From contig NC_068982.1 in the NCBI RefSeq assembly GCF_001194135.2, positions 51,684,825 through 51,741,451 on the forward strand: 56,627 bases of DNA. The letters run 5' to 3'. Positions 36,016-48,753 of this stretch are shown here, one piece after another (the stretch's first letter is position 1; each line of letters begins with the position of its first letter). The position numbers and the translations under genes were made by a program. The stretch comes from Octopus bimaculoides. Lineage: Eukaryota. A model generated the notes under the pieces. It worked only from the letters and a program-made list of their open reading frames with translations, had not been told where the DNA came from and made no database searches.

Positions 36016-36607
36016 GGATGTGCTTTCCACAACTATATTTATTATCTCTTGTATCTTCTTCTGTAAAAGATAATTTAGCTTTACTATCCTACAATGCTAA
36101 ATTGATTGTCAACAAGTCTCTTGAGAGACAAATCTAAGGAAATCACATCTTTCCACGCCTTCATCATTCTTACATTTAGTTTTTTTTTGTTTTTTTTTAG
36201 GTTTTGAGAGGTGGGGGCATGGCATGACAGGGACTAAGGGATGGTTTTACAGTTCTTTTCTCTTCATCCTTGTGCCAAAAAAGTGACATTTATAGTGATG
36301 CTTTAGCCTCCATTATGTGAACTTAAGGTCTATTTTATCTACTGTTCCACACAATTTCAGTTAATATTTCATTTAAAGAAAAAGAATATAACTGCATTAG
36401 CTTAGTCTAGTTCCTCTTGCTACCCATGGAGTATGGGACAATTTGTTTTTGTTGTAATCTGAGCACTGAAAGCAAGGTTACTAACCTCATGTTCCATTCC
36501 TCTTATCTCAAAACAGGCCTGAGACCAACTATGCCAGACAATAACCTGAAGAAGCTATAAAACTGGCTAGAGGCTCATTCCTGGTACTGTCAGCCTGAGA
36601 TATGTGT

Positions 36608-36841
36608 TATTTCTTTACTACCCACAAGGGGCTACACACAGAGGGGACAAACAAAGACAGACAAACAGATTAAGTCGATTATATCGACCCCAGTGCGTAA
36701 CTGGTACTTATTTAATCGACCCCGAAAGGATGAAAGGCAAAGTAGACCTCGGCGGAATTTGAACTCAGAACGTAGCGGCAGACAAAATACCGCTAAGCAT
36801 TTCGCCCGGTGTGCTAACGCTTCCGCCAGCTCACCAGCTTG
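36608..36841 (-). mobile_element. Very young SINE family A insertion with a 17-bp TSD
   Basis: cagcctgagatatgtgt at 36591-36607 and 36842-36858; CpGs intact; clear A and B boxes. Confidence 0.95.
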
Positions 36842-36984
36842 CAGCCTGAGATATGTGTACCGCAAGATTGTCACATTCTTAAGTAATGACTGAGGTTATT
36901 GGTTCAAGCTGAACTTATGAGATTAATATTTATTTCATTTGCTATTTAGCTTCAAGCTTGTCTTAATCCAGGCAGAGGTACTTG

Positions 36985-37150
36985 ACCTAGTAGTTAGGGT
37001 GTAAGATCATGGTTTTATTCCTGGACCTGGTGGTGCATTGTGTTCTTGAGCAATGCTCCAGTCCATTCAAGTGTAAATGAGTTCCAACAATAGCTGGGAA
37101 GTTAACCCTGCAATAGGCCAACATCCTGTTCAAGAGGGAATGTTGCAATC
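36985..37150 (+). mobile_element. tRNA-headed SINE, family C (TTGTGTCCTTGAGCAA core), decayed
   Basis: gcattgtgttcttgagcaatgctccagtccattca...aaccctgcaatagg; related to 42855-43110 and 54447-54722. Confidence 0.65.
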
Positions 37151-39464
37151 CTGATTACTTAAATAGGATCTAGTTTTTTTTTTTCATTTGCAAAATATGC
37201 ATTTTTTAAAAGACAGTAAAAAATCTGAAAATCGACTATAATAATGTAGCCTTCCGATCTCATTGCTTTGAAGGTTTGATGTTGTGGAGAAAAAAGTTAG
37301 TTTTAAAAATCAAAAAAAAAAATTGTATATTTTTAGTCAATAACAAGACAGAAATTTTCTGCGTTTGGTGGAGTGGTGTCAACTTGAAGGTTGTACCCTG
37401 TGAAATTTAGAGTTAAGCATCTGACCTGTTCATTGTAGGTTTCTAAATAAACAGAAATACCTAATAAAATCAGCATGTATCATCTTACTGTTTCTTTTGT
37501 TTCTTCATTGACTGTATGGTTTTATTATTTTTTTTAACTTGTTATATTGATATATTTGTTTGCATGTGTTTACTGTATGCGTACTTCAGTATTATTTTAT
37601 ACCTGTCATGTATTTGTGTACATCATTGATATATAAGTGCGTGTGGATGTATGTATTCATATATAAGTACATTTATGCACTCGTGTGTGTGTGAATGAAT
37701 GAAGTGGGTGTCTGTCTCCAAAACTCCAAAGTTGAGTAACGTTTTCATGTTTGGATTTGTAAATAAGAATAACACTGGTCAACAAAGACTTTGTCCCAAG
37801 GGAAAGAATACCTGTATCTCATATGTTTTTGCATGCAGAATTCGAAAATAAGGTCCAATTATCTGTATCACCCATAGTTTCTCTGTTCCACGATATCCCT
37901 CTCAGTTTCTGTTACTTGGGCTAAATTTCAGTTCAGCTGTTGAAATGTGAAGCTAATGATTTAAGAAATACTCCTAATTTAAATTTTTATGAACAGAATA
38001 AACTTAGCGAAATCATAAATCCAGCTATCTGAGACAATGAATCCCAAAACTATATGAAATAATAAAAAATATGTAAAAATACTAGCACACAAAAAAATCA
38101 CAGAAAAATACTAACACACAGAAGCAGAGACAAATATGTAATATACTAACAAACAGAAAAATTAAAACAAAACATGCGGTCAAAAAGAATCTCGTGATGT
38201 GAAGAATTGAGTGTGAAAAATCAACATAGACAACAGCGGCACATACAACAGTGAACCACAACACAGTGTGCGGTTATCACGGTAGTAAGCTGCTAATGCT
38301 ATGCTGTCTGTTGATTGCCTAAAATTATCCAAATTTCCCAACTTTAATGCTAAATAACATCAGATTCTTTAATTTACGAGATAAAGTAATTGGTTGATCG
38401 TAATCAAAATTCAGAGTTGCATCGATACACCAAAATTGAAAGCAATCTGAGCAAAATTAAGTGGAGCTCATTTTGTGAATGAGAAAGACTAGATCGCTTA
38501 TATATACCTTGGGAATCAGGTTAAACTTGGGCCTTATGAATCTTTGGGTTTAGGACAGACTTAGTCCTAATCCAGCTGACTTAGAGCTGGAGTGTCCTAT
38601 CATATTTTGTCTTGATTATACATTGTGTATCAAAGACTACACTATCTAATGTGTCCTTTGCCTTTCAAGACATTAAGGTATGATTTGGGGGATATCTGGT
38701 ATAAAAGCTTTCTCATTCGCTTGATTTCTTTCACTTAAAAATTTACAGAATCACTAGAATCATCAAACAAAATATCTTCCTGTATTTAGTGAGCTCCCTT
38801 TACCTTCTGAATTTGAACTTCACGAAGGTAGACTTTGCCTTTTATCGTTCTGGTGAAAGGAGGAGGGAGGGTCATAAATATAAGTACAAGTCATATACTG
38901 CATTGAATATTATCTGACTGTTCCCTCTCCCAACATGTATGGTACTGTGTTTATATTAAAAATCATAATCATTTAGCATCCATTTTTCATGTTGACATGG
39001 GTTGGACAGTTAGACATGGAGCCTGCAAGTTAGAAGAACTGTGCCAAGCTCTACTCTCTACTTTGGCATGGTTTCTATAGCTGAATGCTCTTCCTAACAC
39101 CCACTACTTAGTGCTTAAATTGGGAAGGAAGGGCCTCCCAGACTGGTGAAAAAGTTATCCTCAAACCAGAAACCTGCCCTGAATGTTTGCAATGGTGAAT
39201 TTGCTAAATGTGGCCAAATAATCAGCTGATAGTTAAATTGGGCTACAAATTAACAACTCTTAATTTGCTCTAACAACTCTTAATTTGTTGTGTGTTGGCA
39301 AAGAGTATAGTTGATAAAATAAACCTCATTACTTGAGAGTGATGGAGAAAATCTACAGTGGTGGAATTTGAACTCAAAACACTGGAAGATGTGACTAAAT
39401 ACTGAAGGGTGGGGACTGAGTAATTCAGTGTCGCACATTAGTGTTTCTAGTAAATGAATAATAA

Positions 39465-39835
39465 TTCCTTCTATTATAAGCACAAGGCTTGAAATTTTGG
39501 CTGAGCGGGGCTAGCCAATTACATCGGCTTCAGTGCTGGACTGGTATTTATTTTGTCAACCCCGAAAAAATGCAAGGCTAAGTTGACCTCAGAGGAATTT
39601 GAACTTGGAACAGAAATCTGAAAGAAACACTAAGTATTTTGTCCAGCATGCTAACAATTTTGCCAGCCCACCACCTTTCCTAACTGAATTCCTTCTGTTA
39701 TAAGCTCAAGGCTTGAAATTTTGGTTGAGGGTCTAGTCAGTTACATCTACTCCAGTGCTGGGCTAGTACTTATTTTATCAACCCCGAAAAGATGCTTAGA
39801 AATCCGAAAGAAACACTAATAAACATTTTGTCCAG
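39465..39835 (-). mobile_element. Two tandem family A SINE copies
   Basis: Both begin aattccttct(a/g)ttataagc(a/t)caaggcttgaaattttgg(c/t)tgag (about 39463 and 39686). Confidence 0.8.
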
Positions 39836-39838
39836 CAT

Positions 39839-40209
39839 TCTTTTATTCTTTTACTTGTTGCAGTCATTTGACTGTGGCCATGCCAGAGCACTGCCTTTAG
39901 TCGAACAAATCAATCCCAGGATTTATTCTTCGTAAGCCTAGTACTTATTCTATCAGTCACTTTTGCTGAACCTCGAAGTTATGGGGATGTAAACATGCCA
40001 ACAACAGTTGTCAAGCGATGGTGGGGGACAAACACACACATATATGCAACAGGCTCCTTTCAGTTTCCATCTACCAAGTCCACTCAGGGGGCATTGGTTG
40101 GTCCGAGGCTATAGAAGAAGACACTTGCCCAAGGTGCCATACAGTGGGACTGAACCCGGAATTATGTGGTTGGGAAGCAAGCTACTTACCACACAGCCAC
40201 GCCTGCACC
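39839..40209 (-). mobile_element. SINE family B, full length, fairly young
   Basis: gacacttgcccaaggtgccatacagtgggactgaacccggaattatgtggttgggaagcaagctacttaccacacagccacgcctgcacc. Confidence 0.9.
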
Positions 40210-40397
40210 TGTTAACGATTCTACCAGCTCTCCACTTTTTCTAACTGAATAACAATTTTTTTCACATTGACACAGGCCTGCAAATTGTAGAAGTTGACTA
40301 TATCAATTATTTTATCAACCCTTCCCTCTCAAAGGACGATAAGCAAAGTTGAAAATAAGAAGTTTGAACTCAAGACCTATAGGGTTGTAATTAAATA

Positions 40398-41047
40398 TCA
40401 GGTCATCCCATAAGTTCTGTCTGAATTTTGAATAAAGAAAACAAGTGATCAAATGTTATATTTAATTGAAATTTAATCATCAATGTACTTTCCCTGATTA
40501 TCTATGACTTCCTTCCATCTATTTACAAGCTTTTTAATCCCATCAATGTAAAACTCTTTTGGTTTCAAAGTGAAGAACTCTGAAATGTCAGTTTCAACCT
40601 CCTCCTGGCTTGCGAAAGTTATATCCCCCAAATGATTCTGTAAACTACAAAACAAATGGTAGTCTGAAGGAGCAAGGTTGGGAGAATAAGGTGGATAAGG
40701 AATTTTTTCCCAACCAAGCTCTTCGATCTTCTATGATGTGATCTTTGCAGTGTGGGGTCGCGCATTGTCCTGATGAAACATCACTCCTTTTCGATTCACT
40801 AAAGTGGGTCTTTTTTCTTCAAAGCTTGGTTCAAATGCTCTAATTGCTGACAGTTGACTTGAGCATTGATTGTTGTATTAGGTGGTAACAATTCAAAGTG
40901 AATTACTCCTTTGCAATCCCACCAGATAGAGAGAAGAACCTTTTTCCCATGAAGTTCCCTTCTCGGTTGTGGTTGAGCTTTTTCTCTTTTACCAAGTCAG
41001 TTTACAACATTTAACATTTCAATAAAAGATCCATTTTTCACCAGTAT
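40398..41047 (-). mobile_element. Mariner (DD34D) transposon fossil, 3' half with terminal repeat; 5' end lost at a SINE
   Basis: rc: TGEKWIFY / KKVLLSIWWDCKGVIHFELLPPNTTINA / FHQDNARPHTAK / LGWEKIPYPPYSPNLAPSDYHLFCSLQN...RWKEVIDNQGKYIDD*; frameshifts and stops; TA|tcaggtcatcccataagtt end. Confidence 0.95.
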
Positions 41048-41049
41048 TA

Positions 41050-41135
41050 TTTGAACTCAGAACATAAAAGTTGGAAGAAATACTGCTAAGTATTTTTTTC
41101 TAGCGTGGTAACAATTTTGGCAGTGCACAGCCTTA
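41050..41135 (-). mobile_element. SINE family A head fragment
   Basis: ttgaactcagaac...tactgctaagtattttt...taacaattttggcagtgcacagcc. Confidence 0.65.
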
Positions 41136-41611
41136 CATATAAACATATATTATAGATAGATAAATACCTCCAAAACAATTTCCTCAAGTAACTAATACAT
41201 ACATTCACAAAAAGAAACACTGTAATTCAACCTATTATATAAATAACATCTGAATATCCTTCAAATCACTTTATGCTGTCTTACATTAGGAAGGAATGCA
41301 TTGCAATGTTTTTCTTTGACTGTGTATATATATCCATATGTATATAAATATTTGTGTGTGTGTGTATGTGTGTGTATATATGTCTCCATAAACAATAACT
41401 CTCTCCTCGAGTGGGCCATGTTGTCCGATTCCTAATTTGAATGACCAGGTGGTGTTATTAAGTTAGACATGGCCTGGGCCAATACCAGCTGAAACCTATC
41501 AAAGTATATATATATATATATATATAATACAAATGATATATGAGCATATGCATGTATACATACATATATGTACATACCTACATTTACATGTATATATAGG
41601 TGCATGTATAT

Positions 41612-41958
41612 ATAGGTACAGGATGTCAAAAAAGGAACAGGAACATAAACAAAGCACAAAAAACGGATTTTTTTTTACGAACAACAGAATGAACACATAG
41701 GAAAACAGATGAGCCACTTATGGAACTTTTCCTTCGTCAGCTGCCTCTATTCTAAACTAGGCGTTTAATCCCCCACAAAATGAGGAAAAATACAAGAAAA
41801 AACAACAGCACATGGATATGGTACATACAAAGTATTAGCAGATGCTCAGGGAAGTAAAGAAAAGTAGTTTTACGTTTCGAGCAAAGCTCTTTATCAGAGA
41901 CAAGAGACAGAGGGAAGTCCAAGAGAAAAGGAAGACAGCGAAAAAGATCGCCAACGAT
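41612..41958 (-). mobile_element. Two abutting repeat fragments; the right one is a Penelope-type terminal repeat carrying a hammerhead motif
   Basis: 41612-41765 is homologous to 9183-9300; 41790-41958 contains the hammerhead motif. Confidence 0.6.
41866..41902 (-). ncRNA. Minimal type-I hammerhead ribozyme motif, G8A core change
   Basis: rc: gtct-CTGATAA-a-GAGC TTT GCTC-GAAA-CGT-A-aaac; palindromic ACGT stem III and GUA triplet. Confidence 0.7.
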
Positions 41959-42060
41959 ATATATATATGCTGCCCCAACATCACCACAGCTGCATGGTTA
42001 AAATGAATAAAAGAATATATATATATATGTATATATATATTATGTTTGTGTGTGTGTGTG

Positions 42061-42110
<50 letters not shown>

Positions 42111-42621
42111 CGCACACACACACACACACACACACACACCTTGAGATCTTGATGATAAGAAGAAACTTAAAGACTGCGAAGAGATTTGATTAACTCTAAG
42201 TTCACTGAAGTATTTTACTTCAACCATGAAACTTTTGCTATCTGATGACAGTAACTTATCTTGTTTCTCCACTCCTAGGAAGTAACACCTAATTAACAAA
42301 GTTAGTTTAATGGTTCTGAAGTTATCTTGACATAAATTAACAAATTAGAACTTATACACTTATTTTCTTTTTTATTTAGTTTCTTGTGTTTTCCTGACAC
42401 TGTATAAATGGAATTGACTCTAAAGTATTTGCGAGCCTGGGTGTCTAGCATGTGATGGCTCAGTGCATATAGCCGTAAGTAGGTACCATACAGTGAAGGT
42501 TATCTTAGTATATAACACAGATATTATATAAACAAGTGACATCATCTGTATCAGGGTGTGTTTATATTTCAAAGTAATTTGATGCATGAATGATATTTTA
42601 ATTCAAGAATGATCAAGCTAT

Positions 42622-42652
42622 CATTATTATTATTATAATTATTATTATTATA

Positions 42653-42692
<40 letters not shown>
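42622..42692. repeat. (ATT)n microsatellite
   Basis: Direct. Confidence 0.95.
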
Positions 42693-42693
<1 letters not shown>

Positions 42694-42854
42694 AAAAGAA
42701 CCTAGTTATGAAATATCACTGACAATATTATCAATAGCATCATGTCAATAGCAATAACACATTTTGACAACATATGTCAACAGCAACAACAACTTGTGTC
42801 AATGGTGATGACATTTCTTGTTGATGGTGACAGCATATAGGTGTGTGTATGTGT

Positions 42855-43110
42855 GAAGGTGCATGGCCTAGTCGATAGGGTATTGTTCTAACAATTGCTA
42901 GATCATGGGTTCAATTCCCAAACCAGACAGCACATTGTGTTTTTGAGCAAAATGCTGCACATTGCTCCAGTCCACTCAGCTGTAAACGGTAAACCTGCAA
43001 CAGAATAGTCTTTCAATCAGTGGGAATGTTGACCTGATCACCTGGCCAGTGGGGTGGCATCATCATTCAGAGGCTAAAACGATGCAAAGTGCATTGTGAC
43101 CAATGGATGT
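42855..43110 (+). mobile_element. SINE family C
   Basis: ggtgcatggcctagt...gggttcaattccc...cattgtgtttttgagcaaa...ttgctccagtccactcagctg. Confidence 0.7.
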
Positions 43111-43249
43111 ATAACATGTATATATAACATGTATAACATCCAATAATCTGGTTAATATGTATCTCACTACATCAATCAGCCTATTGAATGTTGTTGTACA
43201 TTACTGGCCAAAATGTGCTTCCCTGCATTGATTTAGCTTTCAAATGATG

Positions 43250-43440
43250 TTATCCCACTAGCTTGGTGGGCAGGCCAGCATTCCACCAGTCTGTTGCAGG
43301 GTTACCCATTTGCAGTTGAGTGAACAGCAGCAATGTGAAATGAAGTGTTTTGCCCAAGAGTACAACACATCACCCAGTCTGAAAAATGAAACTATAATCT
43401 TGCAATCATGAATGCAACATCCTGACCACAAAGCCAACAA
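43250..43440 (-). mobile_element. SINE family C-like copy, opposite orientation
   Basis: gttgcagggttacccatttgcagttgagtgaacagcagcaatgtgaaatgaagtgttttgcccaagagtacaac. Confidence 0.6.
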
Positions 43441-43551
43441 ATTTGAAGAGGTGGAGTTAGACAATACACTTGACCCCAGTGCTTGATTGGTTACTTGACT
43501 TACTAGAAATAGTTGCTAAATTTTCCTTAAATTATACTCTATTTATCTTAA

Positions 43552-43755
43552 CCCTTTAGCATTTAAACTGGCTGTATCTGACCAAAATATACTGCCTGTT
43601 TTATGTTCAAATTGGCCGGATCTGGCCTCTCACACCTTCCCTACAATGTCATTATAAAACTAAGCAATCACATCATTGGAATCTTGATGAATTCAAAACA
43701 ATGCATGATTAATTGAAAACATTACATTTGACAGAATAATCTGAATGCTAAAGGA
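43552..43755. mobile_element. piggyBac-like MITE
   Basis: TTAA|ccctttagcatt ... aatgctaaagga|TTAA. Confidence 0.85.
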
Positions 43756-44333
43756 TTAAAGGAAGGATAATATATTGGATAATATAGTCCAAGATACACT
43801 GTCTTCAAGATGGGATAGTCATCCTGAAATGCTATTTGATCATAGATTTGTGCAACTGGCTCCTCTGGAGTTAAACAACAGCAAATAATGCTGTGACCCC
43901 AATACAAGACCTCACAAATGCATATTTACTCCTTGTTGAGATGGGAGAAGCCAAATTACAGTGAAGGCCTCACAGAAGTCATAAAATCCTTCATCAAATG
44001 CATATATATCACAAATAATACTTTTAAATTGCACTGGGATGAACATATACTTATCACCAATACACTACACATGACCATCTATGGTTTAACACACTTCCAA
44101 ATTCCATCAATGTACATAGCGCACCTTCATATGAAAACAGCTCTAATAACATAATAGCAACACAACTGAATTCCCTCTCCATTCCAAATAATCCACGCTA
44201 ATATGTGTACTTAAAACACTACGCTAACTGCAACAACTCCTCTCCCCAACTGCATCACAAACCACTCCCCTTAACACTCTTTGATCTCATCTCATCATAG
44301 TATACCCACATATCTATGAACAAAGTAAAAATA

Positions 44334-44527
44334 CTGTATTTTCTGGCATACAAGTCAAATTATACAGACCAAAATTTACAGCCAAAAAAGGTTGGTCAAC
44401 TTGTGCATCAAAATGACTTTGGCAAACCAAAAATTCCAAGTGAAATGCAGCAGGATTTGGAAAGATAGTGACAATGTTTACAAGTTTACATTATATTCTA
44501 CATCAACTTGTATGTCAGAAAATATGA
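44334..44527. mobile_element. pogo/Tc1-mariner-type MITE
   Basis: TA|ctgtattttctggcatacaagt ... acttgtatgtcagaaaatatga|TA. Confidence 0.75.
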
Positions 44528-45563
44528 TACTTTAACAACTTCAAAGAAGCCCAGTGGATCCACATCTGCCTAGACATAAAAGGACACAGTATTCAGCACT
44601 CACATAGTCTTGAACATCTTAACAGTTATCACTTGCTGTTCTTCACAGTAGTGTTTTTAGTATTCTATAAGTGAGATAAATAATTCAGTATAAAGTGTAG
44701 AATTTGTTTAAGAAATAGTTGTACGTAAAACTTCATTGAAGTATCAAAAGGTATATCTGGAACAATAGGTCTATGGATTGTACTGAATTCTCTGAGTGAA
44801 TATCTGCATGTTATGGGTCTTCTTGATCACAAAATATTGAAGCCTTTTAATTAATTCTTTGATTCTTCTTTCTTTTTTCTTTTACCCTGGCATAATGTTT
44901 AGGTTTAAGCTATTCAGTATGTCTATCTATTTTTAAAGCAATAACTTTATTGTGAGAGATTGGGTTGCTAATTTTAGTCAGTCACTTGATAGAAAGTATT
45001 GAAGATATTAACATCATAGATACTGTTACAGATGAAATCATAACTTAGCTTCATTATTATTTTCAAATGCAGAAAGGAAGTATAAGGCATTTATATAAAT
45101 ATTCATCTTCTAAGAATTGTCATTTTTTTATGATAGCCACAAAAATATTGCAATGTAAATTTACAATTTTCTCACTTATTCACTCTTAAATGTATATAAT
45201 TTTTTCCCTTCAGCCTTAAAAATTACATTTCAATTTGAGTATGATACTATTCAGTTTTGTTACCTACCTTGCATAACTTACAGCTGACTTGATATTAAAT
45301 CAGGTTTCTAGTCTGTCAGAGCTTTGGAACCACATATTGTTATAATTCTTGAAAACTTAACCATGTTCAATTTGAATCAATATTTCCATTTGTTTGATTA
45401 AGTATAAAACCAATTTTTTTCAAAAGAGTGATTATGATTCATTCAATTATTCTCTGTTTTTTTAACTGGTACTTTTTGCATTGAACCCAGAAAAATGAAG
45501 GTTAAAGCTAGTAGGATTTCTTGAATACACTAGAATATAGATTGACTCCTGAAATATAAGAGC

Positions 45564-45979
45564 CATCTTCGTTTTAACATCCCCTTTTCCATGCTTGCAT
45601 GAGCTGGACATTGAGGCAGATTTCCTATGGCTTGATACCCTTTCTGTCACCAATCCTGACCTGTTTCTAAGCAAAGTAATATTTCGTCATAGCCAGATAT
45701 ACTTCCTCTGAATATCGAAAATGAATGATATTTACAATAATCATGCAATGTTAAGACAAGGAGACACAAACACATGTGCACACAGACATATATGTACACA
45801 TATATACAATGGAATTTTTTCAGTTTCCATCTACCAGATCCACTCACAAGGCTTTGGTTGGCCCATAAAAGACACTTACATATAATAAGACACTTTCCCA
45901 AGGTGCAACACAGTGTGACTGAACCAGAAACCCTGTGGTTGGGAAGCAAACTTATCAACCATGCAGCTATTCCTGCATC
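45564..45979 (-). mobile_element. SINE family B, full length, RTE-type tail
   Basis: ttttccatgcttgcatgag...tttccatctaccagatccactcacaaggctttggttggccc...gtggttgggaagcaaactt. Confidence 0.85.
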
Positions 45980-46711
45980 TATCAAACAAGGAGTGAGAGC
46001 TGTGAAAACTAGTGATGCTTTGTATTGACAAAAACTTAATGAAATTCAAGCCGTAAGCAAAGGTTGGTTTTGGCATTTCAAGCATTGACCAGTCTGAATC
46101 TGTAACGTTTTTTTCCAAGTCAAGGCCTTAATTTGATTGTCAGTATTTATTCTTATATAACTCTCTTATAATTTCGTTTATGTATTTGGTTTGCAAGATT
46201 CTTTGTGAATTCGTGTGTTGAAGTATATTTTATTGTGTCTGGGGAGAGTCATTCTCTTTTAGTGCTTTATTATTCAACACACTCCCCGGTTCGATTTCCA
46301 CTCATTTACTTATTCATTTTTTTCTTAAATTTTCATTGTGTCTCGCAACCTTTTCAATAGTCGTTGACTCTGTCCATTCTTTTATAATTGTTCGTTGAAT
46401 TTAATATTAATGTACTTTGCGCTGTTTATTTCCGAGTAAAAATAATCAAACTATATTGATTCCTTTCCATTTCCTTTTTATAATTTCATATAACTCGGGT
46501 GTTTATTATTTTTATATACATGTTATCTACCCTATTCTTACTATATTCAATTAGCTGTCTCAGACAAGCACACATACACAAAGCCATAAAAATGAATTCA
46601 ATTTCAAAATAATGTTAACAGCACTCCTTCCACCTTCAGTTTAGAAAAAACTTAAAATGACTAAGAGTAATTCACTGTCTTTTCTTTCCTAATAGTCTTT
46701 CCATGAAGAAG

Positions 46712-47175
46712 ACATAGTCATAGCTGTGTGGTTAAAAAGTTTGCTATGTACTCATGTGGCTTCAGGTTTTGTGTCTTGAGCAAGTATCTTCTGTTATAGC
46801 CTTTGGCTGAGCTATGCCTTGTGTATGTGTGCGCATACATGCACACTTGTGTGTGGATGTGTGTGTGTGTGTGTGTGTATGCTTGCCTCTGTGTATGTGT
46901 ACTCACCTCTGTGTGCATGTATATGTGTGCACATGCACACTTGTGTGTGTGTGTTCACATTTTTCCACACATAAAAAAAAAATATCCTGCAGCTTGGCAA
47001 TTCAACATGTGAAGGTCAGTGAAATAATGAGCCTGAATTGAAAACAAATAAAAGTTGGTATCAGGAAACTCATCCAGTTGAGGAATATTGCCTTAAAATG
47101 TTTTACCCAACAAAGGACACTAAGCAGGAAAAGCTGACATAAAAGATACCTTCTGACCCTTTAACATGGATTCAT
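46712..47175 (+). mobile_element. SINE family B, decayed
   Basis: atagctgtgtggttaaaaagtttgct...cttgagcaagtatcttctgttatagcc. Confidence 0.7.
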
Positions 47176-47374
47176 GGGATAATTTTTGACTTGGCCAGTA
47201 CGCAACTATACTTATCACCATCATCATTTAATGTCTGTTTCCCATGATTGATTATAACAGTGATTAATTAAGCTTACTGTATGCTCATTTCATTAACAAT
47301 TAAATGCTTTGCTTTCATCTCTGTTTTTCATGTGCTATTGAGAATAATATCTGTAACTTTGGTATTTTATCTTC

Positions 47375-47770
47375 ATCATCATTCCCAATTTAATGTTCAT
47401 TTTTCCATGCTTGTGTTGGTCAGACAGTTTATTGTGGCAGATTTTTCTATAGCTGGGTGCCCTTCTTGTCACCACTTCTTATCTTGTTTTCGAGGAAGGT
47501 AATATTTCCACATGACCAGATATGTTCTTACAGAATATTGGAAATGAATGACACAATTTGTACAACAGTGACACCCATTTGCAACTATCATAACAAAGAA
47601 ACATACACACACACAATGAACTTCTTTCAGTTTCCATCTACCAAATCCAATCACAAGCTTTCAAAGCTTTAGTTGACTATATCGAAAACACTTACATAAA
47701 GTGCCACATGGTGGGACTGAACCCAGAATCATGTGGTTGGGTGGCAAACTTCTTACCACACAGCCATGCC
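47375..47770 (-). mobile_element. SINE family B, full length
   Basis: tttttccatgcttgtgttggtcag...gtgggactgaacccagaatcatgtggttgggtggcaaacttcttaccacacagccatgcc. Confidence 0.85.
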
Positions 47771-47934
47771 TATATAAAATAATATATAAAATAATAATAA
47801 TAATTTATATATTGTTTCTCTCTCTTCTCCATATGATTCAAGTTTCTGCAGGAAATTAAAATGCTAAATAGTGAGAGTTTCAAGTTTCTTACAACATAAT
47901 ACCTATTAGTTTCTAATGACAATTCTTGTTAAGA

Positions 47935-48277
47935 TAAGAATACCATGTATGTTTATCACAATTTCAAATCAAGAAATTAGTATTTATAGTCATAATATTA
48001 AAGTTAATTGGTGTTGCAGGAGACACAAAATAGAGAGTGAAAGCTTTTTGCCGTTGTTACGTCAATACCGGAAGTTGACATTGAGGAACCTTTTTAAAGA
48101 AGTGAATCTTAAATATAAAGCAATATTATTTATTTTTAATTAAAAAAATCAAATGAAGAGCCTAAGATTTATCCGAGGTCAAATTATTCACGCATCACAA
48201 GTATGGAACCATTTGGTAAAGTCGATTTCACGTGAAAAGCGATTACACACACATCTCTGTTTTATATATAGTATAGA
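47935..48277 (-). mobile_element. Possible non-autonomous Helitron 5' fragment
   Basis: rc begins TCTATACTATATATAAAACAGAGATGTGTGTG, like Helitron 5' TC ends; CpG-retaining; no 3' hairpin-CTAG found. Confidence 0.35.
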
Positions 48278-48621
48278 TATAGATAAGGTTACATAACTAT
48301 TCATAACCTCAGTCTACGTTGCTGTTTATTTCTCTCAAGATATTTCACAAAATAACAAGTGGTTGATCTTTAAAACTAAACTTAATAGAAATCCAGTTGG
48401 TAAGTATTTCAGATCATAAATTTGCTTACTGAGTACATACATCCTTACATGTTTTTGTTTATTTTACATCCTACAATATTTACTACTTTTGGTATGGCAA
48501 TGTTTATATATTCTGCTCCAATGTCTATTTTGACCAATGATAATACTTTCAAAAGTATTTATACACAGTGTATGAAGCCTCTGAATGAATATTGACACTT
48601 TGCCAAGGATATGCTCACTCA

Positions 48622-48657
<36 letters not shown>

Positions 48658-48701
48658 AGTATATGAATTCAAGGTCAACCTTATTTAAATCAACAGCTGT
48701 A

Positions 48702-48707
<6 letters not shown>

Positions 48708-48751
<44 letters not shown>
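48708..48751. repeat. (AAT)n microsatellite
   Basis: Direct. Confidence 0.95.

Positions 48752-48753
<2 letters not shown>

Noticed and set aside
36770-36841. tRNA-like heads of SINE families A, B and C as real tRNA genes
   Set aside because: All are fused to SINE bodies and lack a complete acceptor stem
43900-44280. LWFNTLPNS...SSNNII peptide suggesting a LINE C-terminus; 78-aa ORF
   Set aside because: Single weak motif and multiple stops; not supportable by eye
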